From a virus: a stretch of 64,000 bases of DNA. The notes below the pieces were generated by a model that was not told where the DNA came from, made no database searches, and saw nothing but the letters and a program-made list of their open reading frames with translations. Both the position numbers and the translations under genes were made by a program. The DNA lies in the IMG/VR virus record IMGVR_UViG_3300013101_002049, positions 86,129-150,128 of that record; one strand, 5' to 3'. Numbering within the stretch: position 1 is the stretch's first letter; each line of letters begins with the position of its first letter. This document shows, one piece after another, positions 1-10,444 of the stretch.

Positions 1-2
1 AT

Positions 3-998
3 TATTATTATTTTAATGATAAATTGCAATTTGAAGGCGAGCATGGTTTGTGGGGTTATGGAAATGTTGATAGTTCAAATAATCGAATACTTAAACATTT
101 AGATGAGGATTTAAGCGTTATAGCTTCGTATAGTGAGAGTTTACAAGATTTTTTATATGATTTAGCAACTGAATATAACGGAAGAGGCTGTTGGTATACT
201 AATTCTATTGATGATACGTTAGTGCATATGAATAGTGATTGTACTAAAATAAATACTATTATTATGAATTCACCAAGAAGTGTAGCTCGAACTACTGATG
301 GTGGTTGTTGGGTACATGATACGGAGGATGAAAAAGTTTATAGATATGATTGGAGTGGTAATAGAATTAAAACTTTTGATTTACCTTATAATGCGATGTA
401 TCAAACACATGGGTTAAGTTTTATAATAGATGATCGCAGAGATGGTTTTTGGTATCGTCATGGTGATATAATACGTCATGTGACTAGTGCCGGTGCTGTG
501 GATGTAGGACCGGTTACGGTGGTGGATTCTAATCAAATGTTTGGATCTCCAATTGGTTGTTTTGTACATTCATCTGATGATAATAAGATGTATTGGATTA
601 ATATGAACGGCGGTATTGAAAGTTATCATTCTATGCCTGGAGGTGAATCTACTATTATATCTGGGTTTTATTATGGTTACGATGAATTTGAAGAATTTAA
701 AGAGCATTATATTCCGGTTTCTTATGACCCAGTTTGGGGAACTGGTGGTAGTTTGGAATGGCAAGAAGTAAGGAAAGATGGTTATTTTTTACCAAAAACT
801 CAATATCACCAGGCAGAAATTACTTTAAGAGGAACAGCAGAATTAGAAAAAATTATTATAGCGCCAGCTGTAAAAGTTCAAGATATACAACCAAAAAGTA
901 GTCGAAATATGTATGTGCGAACAAATATACCGCTCGAGGCTGATATATCTGATTATGAAATAAAATTAAGAACTTGGTGGGGGATAGAAGATATTTAA
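3..998 (+). CDS. putative virion protein, beta-propeller-like repeats (5' partial)
   Basis: Frame is open back to the window edge; repeated G-C/F-W-Y/V units spaced ~40 aa apart; lies in the structural gene block. Confidence 0.5.
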   Translation, partial: YYYFNDKLQFEGEHGLWGYGNVDSSNNRILKHLDEDLSVIASYSESLQDFLYDLATEYNGRGCWYTNSIDDTLVHMNSDCTKINTIIMNSPRSVARTTDGGCWVHDTEDEKVYRYDWSGNRIKTFDLPYNAMYQTHGLSFIIDDRRDGFWYRHGDIIRHVTSAGAVDVGPVTVVDSNQMFGSPIGCFVHSSDDNKMYWINMNGGIESYHSMPGGESTIISGFYYGYDEFEEFKEHYIPVSYDPVWGTGGSLEWQEVRKDGYFLPKTQYHQAEITLRGTAELEKIIIAPAVKVQDIQPKSSRNMYVRTNIPLEADISDYEIKLRTWWGIEDI

Positions 999-1020
999 TT
1001 GAATAAGGAGTAAAATTAAT

Positions 1021-1818
1021 ATGGGATATGCTACATGGAATCCATCAGATAAGCATAGTGATATAACATTATCTAATGGTAATTTAACTGTGGGACATAC
1101 TGGTTCCACTTATAGGTCTGTTAGATCTACTGTAAGTGTTAGCAGTGGTAAATGGTATTGGGAAATTACTGTTGATTCGTCTAGAGACCAAGTTTTTGGT
1201 GTGGGTAATAGTAGCGCGTCATTAAGTGAAGCACCTGGATGGAGTGATACTAGTGGCTGGGGTCTACAAGGTTATTATAGCCCAACAAGGTTATATCACA
1301 ATGGAAGTTATGATGGTTATGGAAGTCAGTGGTCAGATAACGATGTTATAGGAGTAGCTCTTGATTTGGATAATGGTAAATTGTGGTTTTCTAAAAATGG
1401 AGTATATCCAAATGGTGGAGATCCAGCTAATGGTACTAACCCTGGAGCAACTGGAGTAAGCGGGCACATTTATGCTATGGTTTCTCCGTATAATAGTAGT
1501 TGTTCGTCAACTACAAATTTTGGAAGTACACCATTTTCTTATACTGTGCCTAATGGATTTATGGCTGGTTTAACTGATTATTTAGGTTATTTTTCTGGTT
1601 ACGTTAAAGAGGGGGATGTAGCTGTTAGTAGAATTGTAAGATTGTATAATAGGAATAGTGGTTTATTAGTAGATTCAACTACATCAAGTGGTAATGGTTA
1701 TTATTATGTCGAAACAACATATTCTGGTGCACATTATTTAATAGCTTTAGATGATGATAGTGGTGATAGTTATAATATGGCTCGTTTAGATAAAATGATT
1801 CCTGTTAGTATAATTTAA
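1021..1818 (+). CDS. SPRY/B30.2-like domain virion protein with C-terminal beta-sandwich domain
   Basis: SPRY-type motifs TLSNGNLT, SSGKWYWE and DVIGVALDLDNGKLWF; C-terminal ~75 aa shared with ORFs 2646 and 4258; SD AAGGAG. Confidence 0.7.
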   Translation: MGYATWNPSDKHSDITLSNGNLTVGHTGSTYRSVRSTVSVSSGKWYWEITVDSSRDQVFGVGNSSASLSEAPGWSDTSGWGLQGYYSPTRLYHNGSYDGYGSQWSDNDVIGVALDLDNGKLWFSKNGVYPNGGDPANGTNPGATGVSGHIYAMVSPYNSSCSSTTNFGSTPFSYTVPNGFMAGLTDYLGYFSGYVKEGDVAVSRIVRLYNRNSGLLVDSTTSSGNGYYYVETTYSGAHYLIALDDDSGDSYNMARLDKMIPVSII

Positions 1819-1830
1819 AAGGAGGCAAAA

Positions 1831-2640
1831 ATGTCTATTTATGATCCACCTATTGGAAATGATGCTGATCTTATTTTTGTGTCTCCTGGTTATGAAGCTC
1901 CATTAGGGAATGATTCTGATTTGATTTTCGGTCCAGATATCATAGAAACGCTTTATCAGATTTGGACTGACGATGATTATGTTTATGCTGCTACAGCAAG
2001 AGGTTTAGATATTTATGACATTGAAACTGAAGAAAAATATGCTTTTATAAATTATTCAAATGGATTTAATACAGTATGGGCAAACGATGATAGAGTTTTT
2101 GTTGGCACAACTAATAGTGGTGTCAAATATTTTAATAAAACTTGTATTAGTGGTAGTATTAGTGATCCATACAATTTAATTATTTGTTTAAGTGATTTAA
2201 GTGATCTAACTTATTATAGTCAATTAACATCAACTTATATTAAATATATCCATGGAAATAGTGATAAATTATTGATTATCACAAACAGCGGTATCGATGT
2301 GGTAAAATTAGATCCACAGAGTTATCGAAGTCATTCTACAATGACAAGTGGTGTAAAAGGATTTATGACCTCGACTGGAAAATTTTACTATACAGTTTCA
2401 GGTACAAATGAATGGGCTATACATCGACTTAATACATGTTTAGTTGATTGGTCGGTTCCAGATAATGTGTATAGAACTGGAGGTAGTATATTTGATGCTG
2501 ACTTAACATTAAATGATATGTTTGTTACTGAAAATACTGCGTCGAATGATATATCAAACACATTGTTTGTTGCGACTTCAAGTGGTGTTTATGTAATTGA
2601 TGAAGGAAATGATCTATATGCTATTTATTATAAGGAGTAA
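1831..2640 (+). CDS. putative virion protein, N-terminal YxxP...DLIF repeat plus propeller-like blades
   Basis: YDPPIGNDADLIF and YEAPLGNDSDLIF duplicated at the N-terminus; ATxxG-V/L blade ends; SD AGGAGG. Confidence 0.5.
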   Translation: MSIYDPPIGNDADLIFVSPGYEAPLGNDSDLIFGPDIIETLYQIWTDDDYVYAATARGLDIYDIETEEKYAFINYSNGFNTVWANDDRVFVGTTNSGVKYFNKTCISGSISDPYNLIICLSDLSDLTYYSQLTSTYIKYIHGNSDKLLIITNSGIDVVKLDPQSYRSHSTMTSGVKGFMTSTGKFYYTVSGTNEWAIHRLNTCLVDWSVPDNVYRTGGSIFDADLTLNDMFVTENTASNDISNTLFVATSSGVYVIDEGNDLYAIYYKE

Positions 2641-2645
2641 AAATT

Positions 2646-3935
2646 ATGCCTTGGTTAGAAGGATGGTCTAATAGAATAAAACTGACATTAGATGGATCTA
2701 AAATTGATGAAGATCTTACTGATTTTCCATTGATGATTAATGTTGCATCGGGAACTGGTCGTACTAATAGCGATATAACTGATGTGTTTGATGAATTGTC
2801 TACAATTTCCGGAACTAAAAAAATAGCTGTAACAACTAGTGACGGTGAAACTCAGTGTTACATTGAAATAGAGATTTGGGATTGGATTAATAAAGATGCT
2901 TATCTTTGGACTAAAGTTCCAACTATTACATCTGGAACAAATATAAATCTTTATTTATACTATGATAAAGATCAGCCTGATAATACAACTTATGTTGAGA
3001 ATACTGGAACTTATCCAGCAACGGAAGTGTGGGATGATAATTTTAAAGCAGTATATCATTTTTCAGAGTCCAGCGGTCAATTAATAGATTCAACCTCTAA
3101 TAATTTCAATTGTACTGTTAATGGGAGTACTACTAGAAATCATGATTCTCCAGTAGGATATGCGTATAATTTTGATGGATCTGGGGATTACGCTGAGACC
3201 TTATCAAATATAGGTATATCATCTGATGATGTTAGAACATCTCAAGTAGTAATAAAAGCTAATTCAACATCTCAGTCTCAGTGGGCTTATTATTTAGGTT
3301 GGGGAGGTACAAACACGCTTATTGATTGGAATATGAACCACTTTAACGATACTGGTCGATGGGGAACAAGTTTGTGGGGTGTAGCTTATGATTATGATAG
3401 TAGTGTAGATATTGACACTGATAATTGGCATATTAATACATTCAGATATGATGGGTCTAATGTGTCTTCATTTATTGATTTAACTGAATTTGGTGTTAAT
3501 GCACATACACCTAACACTTCAGATACTCATTTATTTATCGGTGGTGGTCATTACGGTGGTAGGGATTTTAATTGTAAAATTTCTGAAGTGAGGATATCTG
3601 ATATAAATAGAGCTGATGCTTGGCTTAAAGCCGATTATTATTCAGTTCATGATGATTTAATAACTTTTAGTGATCCAGATAAAAGTGGACCACCAGTTTT
3701 AAGTTTTTCTGGTTATACTTATGAGATTGGATTACCGGTGTCAAGGATTGTGAGAGCTTATCGCCGTGATACTGGCGAGCTGGTAGATGAAACTACATCT
3801 GATTCATCAGGGTATTATTATTTAAATACTACAATTAGTGGCGAACATTCATTAGTTTGTTTAGATGACGTTGGTGGAAATGATTATAATGATTTGATTA
3901 TAGGGTGTGCTACTGCTTCTGGGATAGGAGGTTAG
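2646..3935 (+). CDS. DUF2341 + LamG/ConA-like lectin virion protein
   Basis: DUF2341-like DEDLTDFP...EIEIWD...LWTKVPTI...LYLYY; LamG end ISEVRISD; shared C-terminal domain. Confidence 0.7.
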   Translation: MPWLEGWSNRIKLTLDGSKIDEDLTDFPLMINVASGTGRTNSDITDVFDELSTISGTKKIAVTTSDGETQCYIEIEIWDWINKDAYLWTKVPTITSGTNINLYLYYDKDQPDNTTYVENTGTYPATEVWDDNFKAVYHFSESSGQLIDSTSNNFNCTVNGSTTRNHDSPVGYAYNFDGSGDYAETLSNIGISSDDVRTSQVVIKANSTSQSQWAYYLGWGGTNTLIDWNMNHFNDTGRWGTSLWGVAYDYDSSVDIDTDNWHINTFRYDGSNVSSFIDLTEFGVNAHTPNTSDTHLFIGGGHYGGRDFNCKISEVRISDINRADAWLKADYYSVHDDLITFSDPDKSGPPVLSFSGYTYEIGLPVSRIVRAYRRDTGELVDETTSDSSGYYYLNTTISGEHSLVCLDDVGGNDYNDLIIGCATASGIGG

Positions 3936-3937
3936 TT

Positions 3938-4243
3938 ATGAATAATTTTAATTTCACTGAATCTGGTTATATTCCTCCGTTACAAACTGAATATAATTTT
4001 AATTTTGGAGAAGTATATAGTGTTTATAATATTATCAAGAGTTTGTCAGATTATTTTGTTGCAATATGGGCAGATTCGGACGCAAGTTTAGAAAACGGTA
4101 AGATGTATGTTAGTTCGGCTGCATCATTTAATATAATAAATTTAAGTACTCATAGTGTCGAAGACTATTATACTGAAAGTCATGCTGGAGAAGCTGGTGA
4201 AGTACTAGAAGGTGATGATATAGTTGATGTTAACACACTATAA
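3938..4243 (+). CDS. small virion-associated protein with N-terminal GYIPP...FNF motif
   Basis: ATG at 3938 after GGAGG (preferred over the ORF-track GTG at 3905); similar to the N-terminal part of ORF 1831. Confidence 0.55.
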   Translation: MNNFNFTESGYIPPLQTEYNFNFGEVYSVYNIIKSLSDYFVAIWADSDASLENGKMYVSSAASFNIINLSTHSVEDYYTESHAGEAGEVLEGDDIVDVNTL

Positions 4244-4257
4244 AGGAGACCTACAAC

Positions 4258-7200
4258 ATGGGTTTTGATACATGGCAAAATAAATTAAAATTAACAATAG
4301 ATTCTTCTAAAATAGACGAAGATCTTACCAATTTCCCAATTTTGGTAGCTTTGTCTTCTGGAACTGGTATAACTAATTATGATGCTACTGATGTGTTTGA
4401 CCAGTTGGAGCCGAATACTATCTCTGGGGTTGCTGTGTCTGGTACATACGATGATTATACAAAATTGATGCTCCATATGGATGGGGATTTTTCTGATTCA
4501 CAACATACTATTACTATGAATGGTAATCCTAAATTATATGCTACTGGAATATTTAACGGTAGTATGTATTTTGATGGTGCTGGTGATTATTTAAATATTC
4601 CTGATAGTAGTGATTTTGATTTGACTTCTGTATTTACTATTGATTTTTGGTTTAAAACTAATACTTCAAACCAATGTTGTTTACTTAATACTGGAAATGC
4701 TAACAATTCCAATGAGTATCAGATCGAAATGAATAGAACAGCAGGTAAGTTGTCAGTGTATTCTTCTGGACAAAAATGTGTAACTGCTAGTTCTTGGAAT
4801 GATAACAATTGGCATCATTGCGCTTTAGTCTGTGATGGCACAGATATGAAAATGTATATAGATGGTGTAAAAGATGGAGAAGAACTTTCTTACGCTCCAT
4901 CGTGGACACCTACTGGAATGTATATAGGTTCTGCTGGAGGGTCTGAATATTACACTGGTTATATAGATGAATTACGTATATCAAAAGGGATATCAAGATG
5001 GACTTCAAATTTTACTACGCCGACTGAACCTTATACAACTGACTCTGGAACAGTTCTTTTGCTTCATATGGATGGAGATCAGTCTGAGTCACAACACACA
5101 GTTACTTTTAATGGTAACCCACAGTTGTACGCTACTGGTAAATTTAATGGTAGTATGTATTTTGATGGTACAGGAGATTATTTAAGTCTAAGTGATGATT
5201 CTGATTGGGATTTTGGAACTGGTGATTTTACTATAGATTTTTGGATAAATCCAGGAGTACTTCCAGCTAATTATTTTGAATTATCTGGAACAGCTACTGG
5301 TGATATGTTTATAGGTGGTAGATCTGGAACAGTAGGTATAGGTAGGGTAAATGTAGCTTGGGATCAGGAATATGTAGGGGGACTTTCTACCACTACATGG
5401 GCTCATATAGCTTTTGTTAGATTTAGTGGTGTATTAACTATTTATGTCAATGGTTTAAGTATTGGTTCGGATAATAATACTAATGATTATGATTTTAACT
5501 CTTTATATGTTGGTCGCCAATCAGGTTACTATTATACTGGTTATATAGATGAATTACGATTTTCTAAAGGAATTGCTCGTTGGACTTCAAATTTTATTCC
5601 TCCAACTGGACCTTATGGAAGTTCATGGGATAACAGAAAAAAAATAGCTGTAACTACTGAAGTTGCTTCTCCTGGTATATATGATCCAATGACTAAATTA
5701 TTATTGCATATGGACGGTGACCAGTCTGATTCTGAGCATACAGTCACATTTGCTGGAAATGCACAAAGTTATTCAGCTATTGGTAAATTTGATGGAAGTT
5801 ATAAATTTGATGGAGCTGGTGACTATTTGAATTTAGGAAGTGATTCTGATTGGAATTTTGGGTCGGAAGAATTTACTATAGATTTTTGGATGTATGCTAC
5901 TTCGAATGCAGATGAACGAGATGGTTTAATATGTGTCCAAAATGGATCAGGTGATATTGAAATACACATTGGTTTAGGCGTAGCTAGTTGGGGCAGCGCG
6001 GGTGATAAAATATGTTTATCTATTAATTATTCTGGTGGTTGGGGAGCAGATTTAGTTGGGTCTATTGGAGTATGTGATTCTACTTGGCATCATGTAGCTA
6101 TTACTAAAAGTGGTACCTCTTGGAAAACTTATATCGATGGCGTTGAGGATATCTCTACCACTTATAGTTTTAGTCCAGGAGCTGGAACATTGTTAATAGG
6201 TGCGCATATAACTACTGATAGATGGTTTAATGGTTATTTAGATGAAGTCCGAATTTCGAAAGGAGTTGTTCGATGGGATTCTAGTTTTACCCCACCAACA
6301 GAGGCTTATACGACTGATTCCGGAACAGTTTTGCTGCTTCATATGGATGGTGACCAATCTAGGTCAGAGCATTCATTTATGTTTAACGGTAATCCGCAAA
6401 TTTCCTCTGCTGAATATAAATTTAATAGTAGTTACTATTTTGATGGCAGCGGGGATTATTTGTCTATACCATCATCTACTGATTTTGGATTTGGTACAGA
6501 TGATTTTACAATAGAATGTTGGACAAAATTTGGGGGAAGTCAAACAAACGATTCGGTTATTTGTGCTAATTGGGAAGAAACTGGTGGTTCTTGGGCGGCT
6601 AATGAATGGACACTTCATAATAATCATCATGTTAGTGGAGGTTATTGGTCATTTTGGGTATATAATATAAATTCTAGTGCAGAGATATTAGTGTCTACAT
6701 CAGCATCAAATGATGATACTTGGACACATGTAGCTGTGGTTAGATCTGGTCAGAATTTTTATTTATTTGTTAATGGTGTTTTAGAAGATTCTACGTCTTC
6801 TAATCTTTCATTGGATGGTGGTGGATCTCACCCAGTTTATATAGGCGGGGATATAAGTACTATGTATTTAACTGGGTATGTTGAAGAGTTTCGTATATCT
6901 AAAGGAATAGCACGGTGGACCACAACATTCAGCGGGTTGTTGCCAACAGATGCTTATGCTAGATCTACAGGCGAAGTGCAATTACCAGTAGAAATAGAAC
7001 GTTGGGATAGTATAAATGAAAAAGCATGGTTGTGGACTCAGGTTCCAACTATTACGTCTGGTACTGATACAGATTTATATTTGTATTATGATAAAGATCA
7101 ATCTGATAATACAACTTATATAGGAGATACCGGTGAAGTAGCATCTCAAAATGTGTGGGATAATGATTTTGTTGGTGTTTGGCATATGAGTCAAGATCCA

Positions 7201-8325
7201 TCTGGTGGGCTTAGTACTATAAAAGATTCTACTTCATCTGTTAATGATGGGACCCCAGCTGGTTCTATGACTTCTACCGATTTAGTTGATGGTAAAATAA
7301 GTAAAGCCTTAGATTTTGATGGTAGTGATGATGTTATTACTCTTGGTACTATAACTACAGCAGCGTGGACGGCTGAAATTATATCGAAACCTATTAATTA
7401 CACACAAAGCGGTGATGGTTTTATTGTTTTTGATGGCAATGGTATTGTTCAGGCAAATGGTTATTGGGCTTTACTCGAAAATAGTGATTGTCAACGAAAA
7501 GGTAATTCCCTTTCTATAAGCGGTGATTTTGTAAACATAGTGGCTTCTTATGATGGAAGTTCTGTTTATAAAATGTATGAAAATGGTGTAGAAAATAGTT
7601 CATCACATGTTAATAGTGGTTGGGCTTTAGGTGATAAATACTATATAGCAGAGGGGTATAGTAGTCGTAGACCAGAAGGTAAAATTGACGAGGTTCGAGT
7701 GTCTAATACTGAGCGTTCTACTGCTTGGGTAAAATCTACTTATTATTCTAATTGGAATAATTTAATAACTTTTTCTGAATCATCGTTTGTTAATTTTGTT
7801 TTTAGTAATCCGGTTCCGGCGGATGCGTCCACTCAGTATGGTTATAGACATTTACTTAAAATAACTGTTACTACTAGTGGTAATACCGCTGCGTCATATG
7901 CGAATGATATTACTTTTTATGATGGGTCGGATAATAAAATAGGTAACACAGTATCTGGTGTGTCAAGTGGGGCACAATCAACTAGTACTGACTATTATCT
8001 TACTCCGACCGCTGGTACTAATAGTTGGTATGTATATTCAACTGCTAGCGGTTATGATGGCACAAGTTCTACTTATAGTTTTAATAATTTGTTTTTATGT
8101 GCGGGGTATACTGAGGTAGATGGTGTAAGAACTTCAGGTATTCCTGTTAGATTATATAAACGTAGTGATGGGTCGATGTTAGGTGAGGCTGTGACAAGTG
8201 GTGTAAGTGGTACATTTGTAATACCGACAAGTTATACGGGATATCATTATGCAGTGGCTTTACATCCTACAGATGATTATCGCAATGCAGAAATTTATGA
8301 TTGGTTAGCTCCGGTAGTTTCATAA
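4258..8325 (+). CDS. large tail fibre/adhesin-like protein: split DUF2341 with four LamG repeats plus a further LamG
   Basis: Four repeats of LLLHMDGD...FDGxGDYL...FTIDFW...GYIDELRISKG.xRW; DNA-level near-repeats (e.g. 4537-4578 vs 5128-5169). Confidence 0.75.
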   Translation: MGFDTWQNKLKLTIDSSKIDEDLTNFPILVALSSGTGITNYDATDVFDQLEPNTISGVAVSGTYDDYTKLMLHMDGDFSDSQHTITMNGNPKLYATGIFNGSMYFDGAGDYLNIPDSSDFDLTSVFTIDFWFKTNTSNQCCLLNTGNANNSNEYQIEMNRTAGKLSVYSSGQKCVTASSWNDNNWHHCALVCDGTDMKMYIDGVKDGEELSYAPSWTPTGMYIGSAGGSEYYTGYIDELRISKGISRWTSNFTTPTEPYTTDSGTVLLLHMDGDQSESQHTVTFNGNPQLYATGKFNGSMYFDGTGDYLSLSDDSDWDFGTGDFTIDFWINPGVLPANYFELSGTATGDMFIGGRSGTVGIGRVNVAWDQEYVGGLSTTTWAHIAFVRFSGVLTIYVNGLSIGSDNNTNDYDFNSLYVGRQSGYYYTGYIDELRFSKGIARWTSNFIPPTGPYGSSWDNRKKIAVTTEVASPGIYDPMTKLLLHMDGDQSDSEHTVTFAGNAQSYSAIGKFDGSYKFDGAGDYLNLGSDSDWNFGSEEFTIDFWMYATSNADERDGLICVQNGSGDIEIHIGLGVASWGSAGDKICLSINYSGGWGADLVGSIGVCDSTWHHVAITKSGTSWKTYIDGVEDISTTYSFSPGAGTLLIGAHITTDRWFNGYLDEVRISKGVVRWDSSFTPPTEAYTTDSGTVLLLHMDGDQSRSEHSFMFNGNPQISSAEYKFNSSYYFDGSGDYLSIPSSTDFGFGTDDFTIECWTKFGGSQTNDSVICANWEETGGSWAANEWTLHNNHHVSGGYWSFWVYNINSSAEILVSTSASNDDTWTHVAVVRSGQNFYLFVNGVLEDSTSSNLSLDGGGSHPVYIGGDISTMYLTGYVEEFRISKGIARWTTTFSGLLPTDAYARSTGEVQLPVEIERWDSINEKAWLWTQVPTITSGTDTDLYLYYDKDQSDNTTYIGDTGEVASQNVWDNDFVGVWHMSQDPSGGLSTIKDSTSSVNDGTPAGSMTSTDLVDGKISKALDFDGSDDVITLGTITTAAWTAEIISKPINYTQSGDGFIVFDGNGIVQANGYWALLENSDCQRKGNSLSISGDFVNIVASYDGSSVYKMYENGVENSSSHVNSGWALGDKYYIAEGYSSRRPEGKIDEVRVSNTERSTAWVKSTYYSNWNNLITFSESSFVNFVFSNPVPADASTQYGYRHLLKITVTTSGNTAASYANDITFYDGSDNKIGNTVSGVSSGAQSTSTDYYLTPTAGTNSWYVYSTASGYDGTSSTYSFNNLFLCAGYTEVDGVRTSGIPVRLYKRSDGSMLGEAVTSGVSGTFVIPTSYTGYHYAVALHPTDDYRNAEIYDWLAPVVS

Positions 8326-8336
8326 GGAGATCTTGA

Positions 8337-10367
8337 ATGGCATATGAAAAACCACCTATAAATAGAGTACCTTTTAGGTTTAGTTCAACTGGCTATTCAG
8401 CTCCAGATTTTAGTAATGAGCCATTTCAGTTCGGACTTAGACCTTCTCAGCAACAAACTGCTGATATGCGAGCTATGCTTGAGGTGTTTGGTAAATATTG
8501 CACCTCGACGTATACTTATGTTAAAGAAAGAAAAACATATGTTGTAGGTTACAGCGCTCACGGAGTACAAATTTTAAAAGGTAAAACGATTTATGGTGGT
8601 ATACGAGATCTTTGTGCATCGTTAGTAAGAACACCCCCATATTCAGATTTACCAGCATATATTTTTGTGGCCTATAATTTTCTTGATTTAAATGGTTATA
8701 TAAAAGCTACTATACAAGCCTACGCTGATTTGGTGGCTGAAGTTTATGGCGTACCTCCGTCGGATTTACCAGCTTTTATACATGGTTTTGATACTAGAAA
8801 TATCCCTGCTACTATTTATGGATGGGCTATAAAAGACCTACCGGCTTATATTGGTACTCATCCGCCAAGTGATTTGGCGGCTATTTTAAATGTAATTGAA
8901 ATAAGGAATTTGTCAGCGTCAATTACAGGTGAATGGTGGCACGGACAAGCTGATTTAGGGGCAGAATTTTATCGTATATGGGATCGTAAATATAAAGATT
9001 TACAGGCAATTTTACATGGTTGGCAAGAAGTTAATTTACCAGCTTATATTACTGCGGTTTATTTTAAAGATATTAATGCTCGAATTCAGAGTAGTACAAT
9101 AGTTGATTTGTTAGCTTATTTAAGCGCAGTCGCGCCAGTAGATTTGTCCGCTTTAATACATGGATTCGATACAAGAGATTTACCAGCTTATCTTACTGGT
9201 CAGTATGGTCCATATGATATACAAGCTTATTTGACCACTATACCTCCAAGAGATTTGAATGCGCGTATTAGAGGTTTTAAAGGAATAGAAGTTTCGTTTG
9301 ATTTACAAGGTATAGTCGGTGGTTGGGGTATCGGTGATTTGTCAGCGTATATTAATTCTATTAACTCAGTAGATTTGTCGGCGTATTTAAATCCTACAGG
9401 AAAGTCATCAGATATCGGTGCTTCAATTATACCTAATACCATTTTAATGAAACGAGCTATTCAGATCCCATTATTGGAACATAAAGATTTGAATGCATTA
9501 GTTAATTTTATGTGTTTTGGGTCAGGATATAAAGATTTATCAGCTTATGTTTATACACTTTATAAGTTAGATTTACCTGCTAATATTATAGGGTGGTATG
9601 GTAATACTTCTGATAATATTAAAGATTTAGGCGCTTATATAAATGCGGAAGATTATACCGTTCAAGATAAGTTTAATTTAAGATATGTTCCAGAGATAGA
9701 TAAGTATTCAAGATTAAAATTAAAATTTGGTGTACATGATAAGTACACAACTTGGGATACATTTAGAATATTATATGAAACTTATTATGCTAAAAATTTA
9801 CCTGCCTCTATAACAGGTGTGTTAACAAGCAGTGATTTAGGTGCCAGTTTAACAGCGGTTTTTGATTGGAATTACAGCGAATTGTCGGAATATGTTAAAC
9901 CTAAAACACACGAAGTGTTTATTAATATGGACAGATTCGAAGATCAATGGCGACGTTTCGTAGAATTAATGTTTGATAGAACTGGAACCACTCCATTTGA
10001 ATATTTTTATGTAAGTGGTACTCAGCGTGTATATAAAATTGATAGAACTCGTAAATGGACAATTTGGGTGGATGGGTATAGTCGGACAGAAAATAGTTTG
10101 GTTGAACGGGTTAATGTTCGACGTAAATATATATTTAATATGTCGCAATACAATACCGTTGATGAGGCTATAAGAGAATTAATGGAACGAGCGGCTCATC
10201 CAAGACGGGTGGATTTACCTGCGACTATAAATGCATTTTTTGAACCCCATTCAGATTTAACAGCATCTATTGTTTCTATCGAGAAATACACTTGGGTTAA
10301 ACATTTGACCGCTGAATTGAACGTAATTGAATATAAAGATTTGACCGCTGAAATAATTGGTAATTAA
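8337..10367 (+). CDS. virion-associated repeat protein (D-L-x-A-x-I ~12 aa repeats)
   Basis: More than 20 DLxAxI/L repeats; 36-bp-period DNA repeat ATTTGACCGCTGAA at 10303 and 10339. Confidence 0.55.
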   Translation: MAYEKPPINRVPFRFSSTGYSAPDFSNEPFQFGLRPSQQQTADMRAMLEVFGKYCTSTYTYVKERKTYVVGYSAHGVQILKGKTIYGGIRDLCASLVRTPPYSDLPAYIFVAYNFLDLNGYIKATIQAYADLVAEVYGVPPSDLPAFIHGFDTRNIPATIYGWAIKDLPAYIGTHPPSDLAAILNVIEIRNLSASITGEWWHGQADLGAEFYRIWDRKYKDLQAILHGWQEVNLPAYITAVYFKDINARIQSSTIVDLLAYLSAVAPVDLSALIHGFDTRDLPAYLTGQYGPYDIQAYLTTIPPRDLNARIRGFKGIEVSFDLQGIVGGWGIGDLSAYINSINSVDLSAYLNPTGKSSDIGASIIPNTILMKRAIQIPLLEHKDLNALVNFMCFGSGYKDLSAYVYTLYKLDLPANIIGWYGNTSDNIKDLGAYINAEDYTVQDKFNLRYVPEIDKYSRLKLKFGVHDKYTTWDTFRILYETYYAKNLPASITGVLTSSDLGASLTAVFDWNYSELSEYVKPKTHEVFINMDRFEDQWRRFVELMFDRTGTTPFEYFYVSGTQRVYKIDRTRKWTIWVDGYSRTENSLVERVNVRRKYIFNMSQYNTVDEAIRELMERAAHPRRVDLPATINAFFEPHSDLTASIVSIEKYTWVKHLTAELNVIEYKDLTAEIIGN

Positions 10368-10379
10368 GTCATTTTTTGT

Positions 10380-10408
10380 CTAGCAAAATACGAATTTTAT
10401 TCTATAAT
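10380..10408 (+). promoter_or_regulatory. phage promoter CTAGCA-N17-TATAAT (copy 1)
   Basis: CTAGCA 10380-10385 and TATAAT 10403-10408; intergenic, at the start of the replication operon; five copies in the window. Confidence 0.8.
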
Positions 10409-10444
10409 ATAGTTGAATCTCAATGATACAGGAGATAAAACTAT

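Noticed and set aside
4400-6960. Near-identical DNA repeats as a diversity-generating retroelement TR/VR pair
   Set aside because: The repeats are in-frame LamG duplications, differences are not restricted to adenines, and no reverse transcriptase is in the window.
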